This document shows positions 22,690 to 33,757 of a stretch of DNA of 64,000 bases, in pieces (the stretch's first letter is position 1; the number at the start of each line of letters is the position of its first letter). The position numbers were made by a program, and so were the translations under genes. The notes below the pieces were generated by a model. That model saw only the letters and a program-made list of their open reading frames with translations. It was not told the origin of the DNA and made no database searches. This DNA comes from Patella caerulea (lineage: Eukaryota), in the NCBI GenBank assembly GCA_036850965.1, contig JAZGQO010000011.1, forward strand, positions 61,815,281 to 61,879,280, written 5' to 3'.

Positions 22690-22822
22690 CTACATCACTG
22701 CTAAAGACCCCTACGCGCAAGCGAATTATTGAAATACAATTAAACCATATGTTAGTCCCGAAATGACCTAGTTTGTGTTGAGTGAACGTTAAACCCCATT
22801 TCTTTCTCTCTCTCTCTCTCCC
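22690..22822 (+). mobile_element. SINE-A 3' fragment with (CT)n tail, preceded by (T)25
   Basis: ctaaagacccctacgcgcaagcgaattattgaaatacaattaaaccatatgttagtcccgaaatgacctagtttgtgttgagtgaacgttaaacc, then ctctctc. Confidence 0.65.
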
Positions 22823-22844
22823 CTACAAGTTGTACTGGAAGGTC

Positions 22845-23015
22845 GCGTCAGAGGATATGGTGAGATTTTTTACCCTATGACGTCAGACATTGATTAATCA
22901 ATCAGCGTTGACGTTTCTAGTGGTTTACCCACGGTTCCGTGCATCAAAAGGTCAAGAACTCGCCGTAACAGACCGTTTCATTGGCTAATCCCTCACATAA
23001 TCCAGATCCTAGTGT
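22845..23015 (+). repeat. Repeat family C copy
   Basis: Homologous to 2640-2880: ...gacgtttctagtggtttacccacggttccgtgcatc...aacagaccgtttcattggctaatccctcacataatccagatcctagtgtagtaaaa. Confidence 0.5.
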
Positions 23016-23034
23016 AGTAAAATCAGGTAAAACG

Positions 23035-23450
23035 GCTTACTCTTATATCGAATTCCAATGGTCAAGGGATCTTTTACGTGCAGAAAATTACATAATATAG
23101 GGTGTAACGCCCTACCTTTCTGCAGCAACCAGGTTACGTCAAATGTTACCCGGGCAACGACCTTTCTGTCGAAATCTTGATGTTCCCACCATCATATGGA
23201 ACCCTGTTTATTGTCCCATCCGAATAACTAGACATTGTTTCTTGCCATCTGCTTGTTATCCATTATTCTTGATTCCAAGTCTAAAACACACTCTGAAATG
23301 AAATGGGGAATAACATCCTACTGTTCTGCACCAACTGGGAACACGCCAAATTTTGCCCGGACTGCTGAGGGGTCTTTTACTTTTCCCCCAACGTGCGCCT
23401 GTAGATGGACCCTAGTTATTCATTATACGGGATCCCGAGTCTAAAACACG
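23035..23450 (-). mobile_element. two adjacent SINE-B partial copies (reverse orientation)
   Basis: ctactcttatatcgaattccaatgg...cccatccgaataactagacattgtttcttgcc, and gaaatgaaatggggaataacatcctactgttctgcacc... Confidence 0.55.
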
Positions 23451-26405
23451 CCCTTTAGTTCTACCGAGTGACCCATTACCAACTTACATAATATAATCGT
23501 CATAATAAAAAACCGGGATTTTATCAGCTAGATCATAAAACAAGATGAATTATATTTTATATCTGAAACAGAAAAGGCGTAGGTTTATTTCACCAAACCA
23601 AATATCACAGATAGGTTTATTTCTACATTTAACAAAAGTCAGGGTTGAAACAATAAATATGAATTATTATCTACTTCGTTTAGTCGTTACATGTTACGGG
23701 TTAATTTCAAAAACTTGACCTTTATCAAGGTGTATTAATAGGCCTTAAGGCAAAAATTTTGCCACCACTTGGCAGATTATGGCGATAACTTGCAACTAAA
23801 ATTGTTTATGTTGAATATGTAATTAAATATGAACTTATTAAAATCTGATATATTTTCATATTATTTTGTTTTTTTGTATTTTATCTTTTGAAAACTTTTT
23901 AAGAACATGTAAAATGTTGACGATATGATTTTGATGACTCATTAGGTCATTTTGGGAATAAAATGTCGTGTGTCTTTGTTTTCTATAATTTCCATTGCCC
24001 CCCAGTTGTGTTTTGTTGAGGTACGAAACCGCACGAAAAACCATAAAAATCCCACAATATGAGGCCACCATTGCAGATTCGTTAGTCTATATAATATTTA
24101 AGTTTTACTTTTCTTAAACTAATTTCGGAAATGTTGGCTGCTCAGTGCCGCTACGGCCTTATCTTAGTTATATCTCCAACAGTGGATCTTTAACGTGCTG
24201 GTCAATAATACATCGGGGTCGGAGGTTTCCCTGCTCCATCCCCATCCTGCCCCATCCCCAGCCTCTGACAGTGACAAGGGGGAAACTAGACTGAAAAGAC
24301 CCGAAGAAACTTGCTCAACCAACCCCAGGAACGAGCCCAGGAATACCTTACTAAGCGAACCACCGCGCACAGACGGAAAAAATAAAATTTTCCAAACTTT
24401 ATTTGTTGATTCAGAAGATTAAAATTTCCGGTTTCCATTTGTTTTATCTGGGAAATGATTTAACACTTTTGACGTTTGAAGATATTTATCTTAAAAAATG
24501 TTATAGTGGCCATAACTGGAGATATCTCGACATAAAATAATTAATTAAAAATATTTCAAATTTTCACATACAAAGATTTGATAAGTCTGAAGCCTGATGG
24601 TCATCACCCACTGTTATCGCTTTGTGTCCCTTTAAACATTCGTATACAACATTCATCCCACACAATATGAATTATCTGTTTGATGTGGATTACTTGTGAT
24701 CGATCTATCGATTAAATGATAAATATTTATTGACCTATAGCTGTATATTTGTAACAAGTTTAATATCAAACATTTAGTCTCGATGCTCGATATAGAAATA
24801 CGATAAATATCACCGATAACTTATCGCTTCATTCTATAATCGATTCGTATCACGACATGATCAAATTTATATTTATATATTATTCATAATCAAGCCTGAG
24901 TTACACAGTTATGGTTGGTGTTCATTCGAACAATACTAACATGAAAAAAAAGACCCCCCCCCCCTCCCCCCCCCCAAAAAAAAATAAAATAAAATAAAAT
25001 AAAATAAAACGAAATGGGGTTTATAATGTCGGTCTACACAGAAAGGAAATACAACTCCCGCACTAATATTCTCGATTAGAATGATGAGAGATACATAAAA
25101 GTCGACCTTGTACTCGTAATAATAACTTATCTCCTGTATTAGTCTATATCATCCATACATATATTCGATTTGTCTGGATGGGTCCTCAAAATTTGACGGA
25201 AAATAGGTCATTGTCTGGATTATCCAGTCTTTCAAGTTACCACGTACTGAATCTATCAAAACAGCACGCTTGTCAACGATGACACTCTTTCAAATTTTGT
25301 TTGTAAAGGTTTCAATTGAAATGGTAATTTCCTCTCGTCATGAATCAGACGTATGGCTTCTCACAATCTTCTTAATTCTTCATCGCGATCCATGCTTATT
25401 CCTCGTCTCTATTTTTGTTTCTAATAATAGATGTGCCAAGTGAATTGTGGGATATATTACAACCACGCTTTATAGAATCTAGCAAAATCGGCCCGGCTTC
25501 ATAAGATCTATCACTTACCGATACTTTAGCCAAAAGGTTCCATTGCCCATGCGTAACCAAATGTTTGGTTTTTTATGTGGTAGATCATCCAGTAATTTCG
25601 TCAAAAATTGAGAACCGACCCAGACCCTCCGTGCGTTGAAGACTGGGGGTTCTGGATGACCGAGACTACTTCTGTATTTGCGTCATATCCGGAACATGCG
25701 TACTGGCGTTGCGAATCAGCCATGGACACTGTTGTTACGGTATTCTAAATGAGTAAAATGGTGGATGGCCTGTACCATGTCTTTTCTTTCACTGTTTGGT
25801 CTCTTTTCAATATAAATTTTACTTCATTTTTAAAGATAAAAAAGTATTGTACGTCATAATGCGCGGATATGGTTATTTTTTTTTTTCATTTTGAAAAATT
25901 CAATAATAGGTCTAGTCCATAATAGGCCATAGGACAACAAGATTAGAGGAGTGGGTAGGGTGGGGTCGCCGAGATCAAGCTGGCAGACAATAGCTAGCAG
26001 ACATTAAGACCTTTTACCAGACAATTAGGGACAATCAACTCAGCATACAATAAGGAATTTGCTGGATGACCATGACTTCAGTGAAATCACGTGCTCTGTT
26101 TGGGCTAATCCGAGCCTTCGATAAATAAAATAAATTGAAAGTAGTCTATTTTTAGTAACTATGTTATTGTCTGATGGCGACGAATTTTTAGATCAAAATA
26201 AAAAGGCTATTTATCTCTTCTAAAGTGTGTTATTATGAATGTGCCAGAAAATAACAAGTACATTTAAAGAGCCATTGAAACTTACTTTCCGGTGATGTAT
26301 GACACGATAACTGGAATTTCGTATTAAGATCCTTATTTTGACATTAAACACTCGCCTCGCCTCGCCCCACCCCACCACACCGCTCGAATTCAGTTAGTGC
26401 AAGAG

Positions 26406-26407
<2 letters not shown>

Positions 26408-26438
<31 letters not shown>
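26408..26438. repeat. (T)31 homopolymer inside the left terminal flank, mirrored by (A)36 at 37970-38005
   Basis: Direct read. Confidence 0.9.
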
Positions 26439-26547
26439 CTATTTTAATAAAATATACATGCATTCCGCCTTAAGGTAAACTAAATAAAAGATTGACTTTA
26501 ATTTTGGAGCAAGTCTCCCATTCTTACTCCCCCCCCCGACTCCCTTC

Positions 26548-29437
26548 GCTTATTAAGATAAGTAAATATGAATGTGCCAGAAAATTATTTATATATTTGA
26601 AGAGAGCGTTCAATGTGCTTTTCAGTGATATATAACACCATGGCTGGAATTTCGTATTAAGAACCGTATTTTGGCATTGAATGCCCCCTCCCCCCTCACT
26701 ATAGAGTTAAAAGTACCACCCAACTTTGATCGCTTATTAAGGTAAGTAAATATGAATGTGCCAGAAAATTATTTATATATTTGAAAAGAGCATTTAACGA
26801 GCTTTTCAGCGATATATAACATCATGGCTGGAATTTCGTACTAAGAACCGTATTTTGGCATTGAATACCCCCCCCCTCCTTCACAATAGAGTTAAAAGTA
26901 CCACCCAACTTTGATCGCTTATTAAGGTAAGTAAATATGAATGTGCCAGAAAATTATTTATATATTTGAAGAGAGCATTCAACGTGCTTTTCAGTGATAT
27001 ATAACACAATGGCTGGAATTTCGTACTAAGATCCGTATTTTGGTATTGAATACCCCCCCCCCATCTTAGAGTTAAGTATCACCAAACTTTGATCGCTTAT
27101 TAAGGTAAGTAAATATGAATGTGCCAGAAAATTATGTATATATTTGAAGAGAACATTCAATGAGCTTTTCAGTGATATATAACATCATGGCTGGAATTTC
27201 GTACTAAGAACCGTATTTTGGCATTGAATACCCCCCCCCCCACTTCACTATAGAGTTAAAAGTACCACCCAACTTTGATCGCTTATTAAGGTAAGTAAAT
27301 ATGAATGTGCCAGAAAATTATGTATATATTTGAAGAGAAGATTCAATGAGCTTTTCAGTGATATATAACATCATGGCTGGAATTTCGTACTAAGAACCGT
27401 ATTTTGGCATTGAATACCCCCGCCCCTTACTATAGAGTTAAAAGTACCACCGAACTTTGATCTCTTATTAAGGTTAGTAAATATGAATGTGCCAGAAAAT
27501 TATTTATATATTTGAAGAGAGCATTAAACGTGCTTTTCAGTGATATATAACATCATGGCTGGAATTTCGTACTAAGAACCGTATTTTGGCATTGAATACC
27601 CCCGCCCCCTCCACTATAGAGTTAAAAGTACAACCCAATTTTGATCGCTTATTAACGTAAGTAAATATGAATGTGCCAGAAAATTATTTATATATTTGAA
27701 GAGACCATTCAACGTTCTTCTCAGCGATATATAACATCATGGCTGGAATTTCGTACTAAGAACCGTATTTTGGCATTGAATACCCCCGCCCCTTACTATA
27801 GAGTTAAAAGTACCACCCAACTTTGATCGCTTATTAAGGTAAGTAGATATGAATGTGCCAGAAAATTATTTATATATTTGAAGAGACCATTCAACGTGCT
27901 TTTCAGCGATATATAACATCATGGCTGGAATTTCGTACTAAGAACCGTATTTTGGCATTGAATACCCCCACCCCCACCTTCACTATAGAGTTAAAAGTAC
28001 CACCCAACTTTGATCGCTTATTAAGGTAAGTAAATATGAATGTGCCAGAAAATTATGTATATATTTGAAGAGAACATTCAATGGGCTTTTCATTGATATA
28101 TAACATCATGGCTGGAATTTCGTACTAAGAACCGTATTTTGGCTTTGAATACCCCCCCCTTCACTATAGAGTTAAAAGTACCCCCAACTTTGATCGCTTA
28201 TTAAGGTAAGTAAATATGAATGTGCCAGAAAATTATTTATATATTTGAAGAGAGCATTAAACACGCGTTTCAGTGATATATAACACAATGGCTGGAATTT
28301 CGTACTAAGATCCGTATTTTGGCATTGAATACCCCCCCCCATCTTAGGGTTAAGTATCACCCAACTTTGATCGCTTATTAAGGTAAGTAAATATGAATGT
28401 GCCAGAAAATTATTTATATATTTGAAGAGAGCATTAAACACGCGTTTCACTGATATATAACATAATGGCTGGAATTTCGTACTAAGATCCGTATTTTGGC
28501 ATTGAATACCCCCCCCCCCCCCCACATCTTAGAGTTAAGTATCACCCAACTTTGATCGCTTATTAAGGTAAGTAAATATGAATGTGCCAGAAAATTATGT
28601 ATATATTTGAAGAGAACATTCAATGAGCTTTTCAGTGATATATAACATCATGGCTGGAATTTCGTACTAAGAACCGTATTTTGACATTGAATCCCCCCCC
28701 TTCACTATAGAGTTAAAAGTACCACCCAACTTTGATGGCTTATTAAGGTAAGTAAATATGAATGTGCCAGAAAATTATTTATATATTTGAAGAGAACATT
28801 CAATGAGCTTTTCAGTGATATATAACATCTTGACTGAAATTTCGTACTAAGAACCGTATTTTGGCATTGAATCCCCCTCCCCTTCACTATAGAGTTAAAA
28901 GTACAACCCAACTTTGATCGCTTATTAAGGTAAGTAAATATAAATGTGCCAGAAAATTATTTATATATTTGAAGAGAGCATTCAACGGGCTTTTCAGTGA
29001 TATACATCATCATGGCTGGAATTTCGTACTAAGAATCGTATTTTGGCATTGAATACCCCCCCCCCACCTTCACTATAGAGTTAAAAGTACCACCCAGCTG
29101 TGATCGCTTATTAAAGTAAGTAGATATGAATGTGCCAGAAAATTATTTATATATTTGAAGAGAGCATTAAACACGCGTTTCAGTGATATATAACATCATG
29201 GCTTGAATTTCGTACTAAGAACCGTATTTTGACATTGGATTCCCCCCCCCCCTTCACTATAGAGTTAAAAGTACCACCCAACTTTGATCGCTTATTAAAG
29301 TAAGTAAATATGAATGTGCCAGAAAATTATTTATATATTTGAAGAGACCATTCAACGTGCTTTTCAGTGATATAGAACATCATGGCTGGAATTTCGTACT
29401 AAGGACCGTATTTTGGCATTGAATCATATCTACTTAC
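26548..29437 (+). repeat. satellite array, about 178-185-bp monomer, about 16 copies, forward orientation
   Basis: Monomer cttattaaggtaagtaaatatgaatgtgccagaaaattatttatatatttgaagaga.cattcaa.g.gcttttcagtgatatataacatcatggctggaatttcgtactaagaaccgtattttggcattgaata(C)n..ttcactatagagttaaaagtaccacccaactttgatcg. The poly-C tract length varies between monomers. Confidence 0.9.
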
Positions 29438-30179
29438 CTTAATAAGCTATAGTGAAGGGGAGGGGTTATTCAATGCCAAAATACGATTCTTAATAGGAAA
29501 TTATATATCACTGAAAAGCTCATTGAATGTTCTCTTCGAATATATAAATAATCTTCTGGCACATTCATATTTACTTACCTTAATAAGCGATCAAAGTTGG
29601 GTGGTACTTTTAACTCTATAGTGAAGGGGGGGGGGTATTCAATGCCAAAATACGGTTCTTAGTACGAAATTCCAGCTATGATGTTATATGTCGCTGAAAA
29701 GCTCATTGAATGTTCTCTTCAAATTTTCTGGCACATTCATATTTACTTACCTTAATAAGCGATCAAAGTTGGGTGGTACTTTTAACTCTATAGTGAAGGG
29801 GGGGTATTAATGCCAAAATACGGTTCTAAGCACGAAATTCCAGCCAAGATGTTATATATCACTGAAAAGCTCATTGGATGTTCTCTTCAAATATATAAAT
29901 AATTTTCTGGCACATTCATATCTACTTACTTTAATAAGCGATCAAAGTTGGGTGGTACTTTTAACTCTATAGTGAAGGGGAGGGGTTATTCAATGCCAAA
30001 ATACGATTCTTAGTACGAAATTCCAGCCATGATGTTATATATCACTGAAAAGCACGTTTACTTACCTTAATAAGCGATCAAAGTTGGGTTGTACTTTTAA
30101 CTCTATAGGGAAGGGGGGTTGGTATTAATGCCAAAGTACGGTTCTAAGCACGAAATTCCAGCCAAGATGTTATATATCA
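29438..30179 (-). repeat. the same satellite in reverse orientation, about 4 copies, head-to-head with the forward array
   Basis: Orientation switches at about 29437. The first reverse copy lacks the 28-bp segment gatcaaagttgggtggtacttttaactc. Confidence 0.85.
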
Positions 30180-31257
30180 TAGACTGTCGTCTGTCAGTAG
30201 CTATCGTTTCAAAAAATTTCTATAAAATGGGTTTAGTTGTAAAGTCACACATTAGTAAAATGTGAATTTTTATGGATAAAAAGCCGCCTTCCCGCTTCTA
30301 GAATGTCCCAGTTTTTAGAAACGAGTCGTCGCAAGTTTCTGTTCGCGCCATGAAGTTTATCAACCATTATTTACACCTGATGCATATCATTAAAACAACC
30401 AACCAATCAAAAACACTCTAGAGCCAATTTGACCTCAAGTTCACAGGTCAAAAGGTGAGTCTGAGTTAGCGTGTTTACTTTAAGACGACGAAGTGCCTCA
30501 TCCACCTCGTAGACAAAGATTGTGGAAACCTGTTTGAATTTACAGATACCAGTTGGAATAAGGTTGTTTTAAGTTTTAAAGAATGGACAAATCTTGATGG
30601 CAACGAGCTAAAAGTGTGCCAACAATATAAAGATGTATTAATGGTAAGTTTATCAACTAAATCAAACTAAAATTGAAAGTAGAGTCGCCATTTTATTTTT
30701 CAGCGAAACACAGAATGATAGGCGGATTAAATTTTATAGACACCTGTACTTATCACAAATGATCGGGACTGTACAACGCAACGAGAGCTTACGTCCGTAT
30801 ATAATATTTCTTGTTTGTTGTCATTGCTGTGTGCAAGTTGAAGTTACGATAAATAATAATAATGTTTGTTGACATTCACATTGTATAGTCTCGTTATATA
30901 GTTCATAGATAGGTTTGTTTTAAAATCGATAGCATTCACGTGCTAGCCTTTGGTTATATTTTATTAACCCCAGATTGTCTAAGTGTCTTTTCACAAATCA
31001 AGTGCAGACAGGTGGCAGTGTCTTATTGTTTTTCATAAAAGAAAAGTAATTTTTATTATGGATATTTGTTGCCACCTAAATTCTTCTCTCAGGTTCTAAT
31101 TTGCTTATTTTGTTTATGTGTGCAATAAAATTAGGAGTCAGTATGTTTGTATTTATAGGGAATAAAGATGATGCACTATGTGACTATGGGTTTATGGCTA
31201 TCATTCCAAGTGTTATTCGAGATTCACAGACAGAACAAAGATTGAACGAGCTACTAA

Positions 31258-31492
31258 AAGAGTTGCATTAGGCGACAGTCTGGTGAGAAGCAAACAAGTG
31301 ATGAGAGTCAATCCACCTCTAGAGAAGGTTTGCGATCAGCCTCCACTAAATCATCAACCACCCAAGCTGTCCACCTGCGAGGACATGTCTTTCCTCCTCT
31401 GGGCATTATCTGCAAGAAAATACCTTTGTTCTACAGGTGTCAGAATAAGAATGTCTCTGATAAGCTGGTTTTAGCAGAAATTAAAGATGGGG
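31258..31492 (+). CDS. candidate coding exon inside the nested TIR element (...STKSSTTQAVHLRGHVFPPLGIICKKIPLFYRCQNKNVSDKLVLAEIKDG)
   Basis: Open frame from a stop at 31255 to donor GG|GTAAGT at 31493. The phase-1 leftover joins the next candidate exon in frame. Confidence 0.3.
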
Positions 31493-31974
31493 GTAAGTTT
31501 TTATTATTTGTTCAACCGTTGTGATTTAGTATTGTCCCCCCCACCCTCCTTTCCCTTTCCTGGCTATGCCCAGTGTTACCTAGTGGAATAGGCCCATCGA
31601 CCCTCCTCAGCGTGTCGTAAAAGGCATTTATTGGGGAGAGTGGTCGGGTGGCCGATAGGTGTTATCTATCAGTCTGTCATCAATAGTCGAGGGTATGAGT
31701 CTCATTCTCTGCGATCTCAATGAAAACGTGTGGGAGTAGCCTATCCAAACACGCAGGGTTATGTACATGTATTTACCAGGTCTGCCAAAAGTTGTCTAGT
31801 TCATTGTTAAAAGTAGGCTGCTACATACAAAGCCTATTATACACATAAAACTGTTGCATAAAGAATTTTATGGGTTTTTTTATTTATGCATATGTAACCA
31901 GAAAACGAATATGCATTCTACTGCTAGTTGGTTTATGATATCCATGATATTTACAATTTTCCATATTTTTTTAG

Positions 31975-32135
31975 GGCGACTTAGAGAAGTAGCAATTAAG
32001 AAAGAAGATGAAACCATTCTCAGGCACATCAGAGATAAAGACTGTGTTGCTGTTGAAGTTAGGTACCATCTACGATGCTACAAGAATTATGTTCGATTCC
32101 TAACAAGAAAACCCACAGTTCAGTCTTCTGGGTAA
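31975..32135 (+). CDS. candidate second exon (G)RLREVAIKKEDETILRHIRDKDCVAVEVRYHLRCYKNYVRFLTRKPTVQSSG*
   Basis: Acceptor ccatatttttttag|gg. Frame is continuous with 31258-31492. Ends at TAA 32133-32135, or at alternative donor TGG|GTAAAT. Confidence 0.3.
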
Positions 32136-32429
32136 ATTTATTTCATACTTGTAGTAATTGTTGTGTCCTTGTGGCTTGTTGTTATATCTATTTTATATCA
32201 TAGGCCTACATAGGCAACTAGTGGGTGGGAAGGGATTTATATAGCCAAGTGGTTACAAAAAGGTCTGTCATCAATGGACTTAAATTTGAATCCCACTATC
32301 AGCGACCTCAATGACAAGGTGTGGGAGTAGCCGATTTATTCTATACTCTATAGTATAAGTAGTGCTGGTATATTTGATGGCAAGGGAATTGGCACAAAAT
32401 GACTAGATTGTGGTGTCCAAATGCACTAA

Positions 32430-33110
32430 AACATCCGTTCTAAGAATGTGTCAACATTTTTTACTAGCACTTGTACTAGTTTTGAAATGTTTTAAATTAC
32501 AATACACAGACATGATTTATATCTATTTTAACCTTTAAAAAAATATATCACTAGATAAAGATGAATAAATATGTACATACTTTTCCATCTTTTGATTTTA
32601 GTATTTTGTTTAACTGTTTGTTTTACCTGTATTTTACATACTAACTACATGTATAATATTCAACTACTTTATGTCCAGATTTAATTGAATTATTATTTTA
32701 ACAAAACAAAGGGTTTTCTTTATTTTAAAATTAGTTTTGAAATGTTGTTTTTAATTATAATACACAGGCATGATTCATATCTTTAAAAGATAACCAAACA
32801 ATATATCGAAAGATAAATAAATGTGTAAATACTTTTCCATTTGTTGATATTAGTACTTTGTTTAACTGTTTTTATATTTTCTTATATTTTATATTTTAAC
32901 TATTTAAGCATTAATTATTGCACAACTGTTACAGCAACATTTATAAAAATTATTGATATAACAGTTATTAAAAATGAAAAAAATGTATTCTGTATTTTAA
33001 AAAAATATTGATATTGAAATGTTGTTGTAAATTGCAATACAAAGGCCTAATTTATATTTATTTAAACCTTTAATACTAGTCATTACATAAAAGATTAATG
33101 TTTTAAATTT
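32430..33110. repeat. AT-rich tandem repeat, about 300-bp unit, about 2.5 copies, inside the nested element
   Basis: Units start near 32430, 32730 and 33005 (...gttttgaaatgtt.t.taaattacaatacacag.catgatttatatct...ttttccat.tt.tgat.ttagta.tttgtttaactgtt...). Confidence 0.5.
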
Positions 33111-33757
33111 GTTTTCATTCTTTGTTTGGTGATAGGGTGGGTTGCCAAGGAGAAATTTAGTCTTTGTTCAATATTTATAGGTCATTTATGATACGAGTTA
33201 TCTCCCCTTATACCTTTTTACCTGGGACCTGTCTTTGAAATATCACGTTTATGTATTGTTTTTTGGTTGAAATCAAATATTTCTATGCAATTATCAAATT
33301 TATGTATGATTTCTGATAATAAATTAAATTCAATATCAATACAATGACGCTGTATTTTCATAAAAAGACAAAAACATGCTACGATGTGCAACATTACTGC
33401 TTTGTGGGCGCTTATAATTGGTCCTGTGCATATACAAATTGAGATATTTCCATAATTTTTTTTTTCAAATGTTGCTGTGCACTTTGGCAGTACACACGAA
33501 AAAAATTATTCACCTGCAGTTATTTTATCATCCAAAATCACAACGTCAAAGTCATGTTAGACAAGCATGATAAAGTGACCGAGACCCTGGGTAAATGGGT
33601 AATATTTTAAAAACTGGCAATATCTGAAGGTGGGAATATGGATTTTCCATCACTAGAAACCTTGTATTATAAGAAAATGGCAACATTTTTTAGACCCAGG
33701 GGGGGTGCAACAAAAATTAATTTTTAAGCACATTTTCCCTATACAGACGACAGTCTA

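Larger units (their letters stand above)
30180..33757. mobile_element. 3.58-kb TIR element inserted into a satellite monomer; 16-bp TIR tagactgtcgtctgt(c/a); 3-bp TSD TCA
   Basis: Left end tagactgtcgtctgtcag at 30180 and right end ...tacagacgacagtcta at 33757. The satellite reads gttatata[tca] / [tca]ctgaaaagc, so the uninterrupted monomer is gttatatatcactgaaaagc. Confidence 0.6.

Noticed and set aside
28172-28525. 117-aa ORF with an internally duplicated peptide inside the satellite (also 28705-28911 and 34214-34411)
   Set aside because: It is periodic because it reads through identical monomers whose length is a multiple of 3. It has no start context and no splice signals. It is treated as a non-coding artefact, though noted in the findings.
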